From the human T2T-CHM13v2.0 reference genome, Homo sapiens, in assembly GCF_009914755.1 (NCBI RefSeq), contig NC_060927.1: a stretch of 64,000 bases of DNA. One strand, given 5' to 3'. The position numbers and the translations under genes are program-made. Below, one piece after another: positions 57,691-64,000 of the stretch (the stretch's first letter is position 1; each line of letters opens with the position of its first letter). The notes beneath the pieces are model-generated. The model saw only the letters and a program-made list of their open reading frames with translations, ran no database searches and was not told the origin of the DNA.

Positions 57691-59766
57691 AAGAAGAGCA
57701 TGAATGAATTGCTACATTGCATAGTTTAATTCATCAATAGCATGAGTTTTATCTCCATTATGTCTGACGATTCCTATGATTTTAAATTCCAAATTTCTAA
57801 ACAAAAATTAAAAATAAAAAATCTTTTAAGAATTTAAGATTCTAAAAATTCCTCCTCCTTCCCTTCCAAGGCTATGTCCCAAGGCCACCTTTTTTTCCCC
57901 CTCAACAATCCTCTTCACTTTTATCTTTCTTCTAGTTTTCGTTATGCAGTTACCCTAAACCTAAGGTAACTCAGGACACAATCTAAACTTCCAGCAGTTG
58001 AAAATAATTTTAAAAGATTAAGTAACAAACAGAAATCAACAGGGATTGAAAAAAAAAGAAGTTTTTCTCTTCACCCTTCTGGGCACTGAGAATTTTCAGT
58101 GCTGCCATAATTTTCTAGAAAGATCCTCTGATGACCCCTGAAAACAATCCAGGACCCCCCACAGCTGCCCTTGGATCCCAGTATAACCAATTCAGCTGTG
58201 CACTGAAGGGAAAGTTATAAATTGCTTAGAGGAGGAGGTTACAAAAGAGAGCGACCAGCCTGGCTTTTGTTAGGGTAAATCTGGGCTCCCCAACCTGTTA
58301 AGATGCTTTGAAAGAGGTAACAAAATGATCTATAAAGGCGAACCAGTGGGTGTCATTTCTTTAGATAATCAAAAACCTTTTGATTGGGGAATACACAAAA
58401 GGCTGAGGAAGGTTAGTAACCCTGGGATAAAAGAAAAATTTCCTTCATCAATTAAAAAACAGTTATGGAAAAATGGGAACTAGAACTCCAATTTCCCAAA
58501 TGGAGAAAGATTAAAATGTTGGCATCATTCAACATTTATTATATTCAATGTGGAATTTAAGGAGATCTCCTGTAAGAAATCAATTACCTAAAATTAATTT
58601 GAAATATTATAAATCAAAACATGAAGTGTAAAAACAAGGATTTATTTTCTAATTAATAAAAGTAACAATAAAGATTTTTATTTCCATTCTAGTAGACATT
58701 CTTTGGCCTGGTAACCTAAGAAGCATTCACCAGCACTGACACAGCACCACATTCTAATGCTGTTCCTCCTTTTCTCCCCTATTCTTAATTTTTTACTTGC
58801 ATTTTATTCTAAATTCTGTGGAGACTCCGATATTTAATATGAATTGTTTTTGCTGTTTTACTTCATTCAAAGTCATTAAGTATTAGTCTTATCTAAACGA
58901 AGTCAGCACAAAAACGACAGCAACACTAAGCTTATTGATGATAAAATTTGTAGCTTGTTTTTTTCCCCAGAGAAACTAAAAAACTCTTCAAAGACACTTA
59001 CCACTTAATAATCATTTAATATGGCCAATGTGCTAATATGGTACACTTGTTAGAAAAAGAATAACAAAGTCTGTATCATACCAATTTAATCCTACCGTCT
59101 CTAGAAAACCTCCAAATTGGTGAAGCATCAAGCCATAGAGGGATTGTATTTGCAATGGGTACTTAGAATTATTTGGCTGGCAAAGGAAAGCAGAGCAAGA
59201 AGATGCCAACCATATGCAAGAACAGAGTTAACACAGTGACAGCCAAAGCATCATGTCCGTCTCATCAGCCTGCTCCAAAATACAAAGGCAGCGCAATGGA
59301 GCCAGCTTCTTGAAGGCTAAGGAGTCTATGCGAAGAGGGGATCAGAACACACCCAATGCTTTACATCCTTATAGAGCAACTAAGATGGAAAAAAAAAAAA
59401 ACTAGAATGATAAATAATCGAAGTACACAGATCTGATACAGTAAAGTACCCGTGCAATGAAGGATGTTACCCAGCACAGGATAACTATGGCAAGGGCTGA
59501 CACTTTTTTGCAGTATCGCAAGAACTTGAAGAGGATTCCAGCAATCTAGAGTCATCTGAGCCTGCTCATAGTTCAGCAGCCAGCTTTACATGCACTGAGT
59601 TTCTCCTGCAGCATCCTGCACAGTTCCCTACCACCAGTTTCAGCCCAATGCCTATCTGTGTCCCTGTTTTCGCCACTCCATGGTAAAATCTGAAAAATAT
59701 GGGCAATAAAGTGACATTGTTTTTTTAAAAAGTAAAACTAATTTATTTATTTTCAAATGCTCTTAC

Positions 59767-59829
59767 CTTTATGAAATGATGGCTATAAGAGATAGTGGTG
59801 ACATCATTGCAGTAATTGTTGTGTTATTG
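59767..59829 (-). other. Candidate 63-nt non-coding exon, followed by a 77-bp GT-AG intron (59690-59766)
   Basis: On the minus strand: acceptor ccacatctttttttttttag, donor AAG|GTAAGA, and next acceptor tttattgcccatatttttcag. Stops in all three frames. No transcript evidence available. Confidence 0.4.
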
Positions 59830-59914
59830 CTAAAAAAAAAAAGATGTGGATAAGTGTGGGTTTTTTTTCCATTGAAAAATAGTTTGTTAAATCTAAAAAT
59901 TTGGCAACTTCTGA

Positions 59915-60120
59915 TGAAATGGTAACAATTCTGGCTGAAATCAAGTAGATTTGGCCAAGTCTCAGCTCTGTCACTTTTTAGTTAGGTGACCTCTTCTAAG
60001 TCTCTGTTTCCTCACCTGTTAAGTAGAAATAACAGTAGTGCCTACCTCATAGGTTATCATGAAGATTATTGAGATGGCGCTTAGCACAGAGCACAGTATA
60101 GAATAATGCTCCAGTGTTAG
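59915..60120 (+). mobile_element. MIR
   Basis: ctcagctctgtcactttttagttaggtgacc...ctgtttcctcacctgtt...cctacctcataggtt...gcttagcacag. Confidence 0.7.
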
Positions 60121-60502
60121 CTTAAAAAAAAAATAAAGAGCCAAAGGAAACACTAGTCATCATTTCTGGCCCTCAGTTTTCTCATCTCTCAGATGAGGCA
60201 TTTGGCCTCAGAAACGTCTACATACCCTCTAACTGTGACATCCTATATTTTACCCCATGATTCTAATTCTACTTCTAGTCTATTCAAATCCACAACTTTT
60301 CATAGGCTCAGGCTGAATAAATTATGATCCATCCATATAATGAACCACCATCCAGCCATGGGATGACATCTACCTATATTATTGAGGGGGAAAAACATAG
60401 TTACAAACCAGTTATTAACAGCATAATTTGATTTTTATAAAATGAAATACATAGAAATGGTAATTTCTAACTCATCCTCCACCTGCCCCAATTACTCTAG
60501 GC

Positions 60503-60819
60503 CAACACTGTCTCATAGAAATATAATGTGAGCCACACTATGAGCCATATGTGGAATGTTAAATTTTCTAGCTGCCACATTAAAAGAAACAGATGGAATT
60601 TATTTTAATTATATATTTTATTTATTCCAACATAAACGAAATATTCTCATTTCCATATGTAATCATTACAAAAATTACAAAAATTATTAATGAGATATTT
60701 TACATTTTTTATATTGTCTTTGAAATCTGGTGTGTATCTTATACTTACAGTACCTTTTAATACAGACTAGCTGCACCCAATAGCTACATGTGGTTAACGG
60801 CTACTACATCAGACAGCAA
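60503..60819. mobile_element. MER33 (hAT-Charlie)
   Basis: caacactgtctcatagaaatataatgtgagccac...ctacatgtggttaacggctac...gacagca. Intact 8-bp TSD ctctaggc at 60495-60502 and 60820-60827. Confidence 0.88.
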
Positions 60820-61254
60820 CTCTAGGCAAGTAGTCCCCCTCCTCACATTGAATTGGAATTGTCAGACTGAAAAGAGATTCCTTTTTATTTGTCTCATATG
60901 CCTATTGCCTAAAACCATTTCCAATGCCTACTGGATACTCAACAGAGATTAATTTGAATGAATACATTTAGTTCAAAGATGGGAGACTTTGCATTTTTAG
61001 TCCCCATGTTAATCATAGAATAAAAGGCATTGCACTGCTCCTTAAGGAAGAGCATAGAAATTTTGCAAAGCATCTCCCCTAAATCATACCTTGCAAGTAG
61101 TCTCCTACCTTATATAGGAGTAAAATCAGCCATACAGAAATGTAAGATAAGCCCACAAATTAACCAAAAAAAATTTAAAAGACTAAAGCTAATACCAAAA
61201 CATATATTATAGACAAACGAATGTTAAAAGATAGGTGGGCTAAAATAAATGAAT

Positions 61255-61745
61255 AATAAAAACTTTATTAAATGCCTATTACATTTTAAATAATTTACAT
61301 ATCTCATTTATAATCTTCACTAAAGCTCTGTAAGGTAAGTTAAGTTAGAGGAATGACACAGAGGAGAAAAATTTGGCCATGAAATTGTTAAAACAAACAA
61401 AACCACTTTGGGTTTAAATCTTAGCTCTATGACTTAAGGCAGTTTTCTTAATCTCTCTGAACCTCAGTTTTTTTCATCTATAAAATGGTCATTAAAATAA
61501 ATACCCTTGATTGCTGTGAGGATTTGATTAATTGACACATAAACTTATGAATGATAGCTAGCATTATTATAGTGGGGCTCAATTAAAACAGGAGCTATTG
61601 TTATCATCTTGGTTTACAGAAGGAGAGACAAGCTCAGAGGAATAAAACAGCCCCAGTGTCATGTAGCAAGTAAGTAGCTGAGCCAGAATTCAAACCCAGA
61701 TCTGTCTAACTTGGTGAGCCCATGCACTTTGCACATTACCATGCC
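61255..61745. mobile_element. Nested MIRs (a sense MIR at ~61405-61590 within an antisense MIR)
   Basis: Antisense pieces (atctcatttataatcttcac; tttacagaaggagagacaagctcagag...gaattcaaacccagatctgtct) flank a sense core (aatctctctgaacctcagtttttttcatctataaaatgg). Confidence 0.6.
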
Positions 61746-64000
61746 TAAGAAGGTCTCATGGCAGAGGCCATAATGTTTGAAAACAGGAAAGACATTTTAC
61801 AAGAGTATTCACATGGCAGAGGATACAGACTGAACACAATTTCAGGAAAAAGGCATCTCGCTGAACTGAATCAGATCACAGCAGGGAACTGGAGGAGCTC
61901 AAGGTGAGTCAGTACAGGGAGTTTGGCTTAAGGAAGGCCTTGAGCCAGTTGGAGGAGTTGAGACTTGATTGCCTCCTAAATCCAGTCATAAATCTGAGAA
62001 ACAGTTGACCAATCTCTGTGCAATTATGAAGCTCTTCTTTTTCAAAACTTAATTCCTTAGGCTGATAGGAACATTCCTTTATTCAAGTAAAGGCTGAACA
62101 TATGCTTTTCTACACTCTTCAAATCCTACCCTAAATTTGTCTTAATCCTTTGAGTCTACAGGAGGAGTGGCGTTCATGTTCCTGTATATTAACTGGGTTG
62201 TGAAAGAAAAACCAACCAAACTCTTATCTGTGGTTAATACATTGCAACAACCTTGCTCAGGTTAGATCCTTCAGCAGGCCCTTTAAACCAACACAGCTGC
62301 TCACCATTAGTTACCCTTTCTCATTTGGCTGTTTGCCTGAACCACCTCATCAATGAGGTATGAGCTACCACACCTGGCATGTTTATGTTTGAACCTAGTC
62401 ATGTGAGGAACATTACAAACATATATTTTTTTAAATGAAGAAACTGCAGGTACATATATTTAGAATCTGCTTATAAATATGCATGCACCTATATACACAT
62501 GATAAACATATGTTTTTAAGAAACACATGTAACCAGGGAGTCTCTCCAATTGAAAAGTTCACCAAAAACATTCTAATTATTTTGTTTTTCTAAAGGCTAT
62601 TCTGTATTTTAAAATTGTTTATTCCTTTTCTCAAATGATTTACTTTGGCATACATTATTGACTTACACACATAATGAAACAAAAACCTACTAGCAAAAAT
62701 TACTAGTAAAAAGAGGATAAAGTTTCAGGGAGATTGTTATTAACTTTTAATAAAAAGTTATGCCCTGTGATATAAGTTCATGGGCAATTATTTCTCATAC
62801 TTTTCTAAAACAAATATACGTCTATATATCTATATATACTTGCCAATTTGAAATAAACTGGACAAAAGATTAAAATTGACATCTTATAAATATTTTTAAA
62901 GTTTGCAGTCTTCTCAACAAGAAAACAAATTAGACATTACTGATAAACTGAAACATGATTGAAAAGCAAAAAGTATTGTAATTATTCAAGACATTTTCTC
63001 CTCCTCTGGCTTGTTAGAGTCCTGGTGGTTTCATTATATGACACTTTTCAGCACTTTTAGCTGGTTTGTGGCGCAACCCCCCCAAAGAAATATGAAGAGT
63101 AATTTTCAAAAGGAACTTTTATTTTTAATATGGATTGATTTTTTTAAAGGCAGCTCCAAGCAGCCCAGTATATCAAACAGGAACCATCACACCAATCCCA
63201 ACACATCAAGGGGCAGTTTTAACACGTGAGGTTTGTTGTTTCTAGCAGGTATCCATGTAGCGAGAGAGGTCACCACTCAGCGAGGTGCTTTCTTTCTGGT
63301 GTATAAGAAAAGAAATCACCAGGAATAAGGGGGGAAATGGGCTTGGGAAACAGGAGGGGACCTTGTCAATCTCCAAGATGCTAGAAAATGATCGTGGAAG
63401 GCTTTTGTTAGGGAATCCTATAATGGTATTGCTGCTCATCTCTTGTGGACACGAACAGCAACTAGCCTAAGATGGAAAGGGCGATAGAGGATTAGACAAA
63501 TCGTGAAAAGGCACTGGAAAGGACATTACTGGTGTTTGGAATCATAAAGGCCAAAATTGTATCATTATTTACTCTCAACAGCAGTGTCCTTATAAACACA
63601 AGTGCTTGGGAGGAAAAAACTGAAGGTATACATAAAATGTTAATTAGAAGTGTATGTGTATAAATTATTTTACAAATGAGGAAAGAAAAAGCTCTTATAG
63701 GACTATTCTTATATATTCTTAAGGACCATAGGCAGCTTCTTTTAATGTTAAGAATGTATGCTACTTTTAAGAGAAGGATGTTAAGCTTGTTCCCAATCCC
63801 TTTTATTTTAAACATATGTATCCCTGAGAAGGTTAGCATTGTGCTGGAAATAATTTTGATGCATATAACAAAGCTATAAAAAAGAACAACAGGAAGAGAT
63901 AGATAAATTTGTGAGGTTTCAAAATAGCTGGTAGGCTTGTAAGATCACATAGCAGGGTTCCTGGCATTACCCACTAGGGAGAATAACAGAATATTCCCGA

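Noticed and set aside
58083-58102. Near-perfect 20-bp palindrome gcactgagaattttcagtgc (and ccggtttt-tc-aaaaccgg at 1290-1307)
   Set aside because: Short and isolated. A few such palindromes are expected by chance in 64 kb.

Overview
AT-rich, repeat-dominated primate genomic DNA. It is almost certainly human, because it contains an AluYa5-type insertion. The window is intronic or intergenic: I recognise no protein-coding gene, tRNA, rRNA, known ncRNA or CRISPR array. The track ORFs I can assign are L1 ORF2 or Alu read-throughs; the rest look like chance short ORFs. About 6.9-28.4 kb is a nested L1 graveyard: old L1ME/L1MC scaffolds carry four younger 5'-truncated L1PA copies, several Alus and a MER2. 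The rest has scattered Alu, MIR, L2, MLT1B and hAT (MER5/MER33) elements and two CpG-retaining candidate regulatory segments (1-470 and about 37.1-38.1 kb). I found no convincing new multi-gene system. The most notable observations are a decayed piggyBac-like transposase relic (11.7-12.3 kb), an AluJ split by a ~255-bp non-Alu insert carrying a 19-bp perfect hairpin, a young AluYa5 with a 15-bp internal deletion, a probable inverted-Alu deletion scar, fold-back and tandem rearrangements inside an L1, and minus-strand non-coding exon candidates around a 77-bp intron. Subfamily names are by-eye matches to remembered consensus sequences, and boundaries of old elements are approximate.
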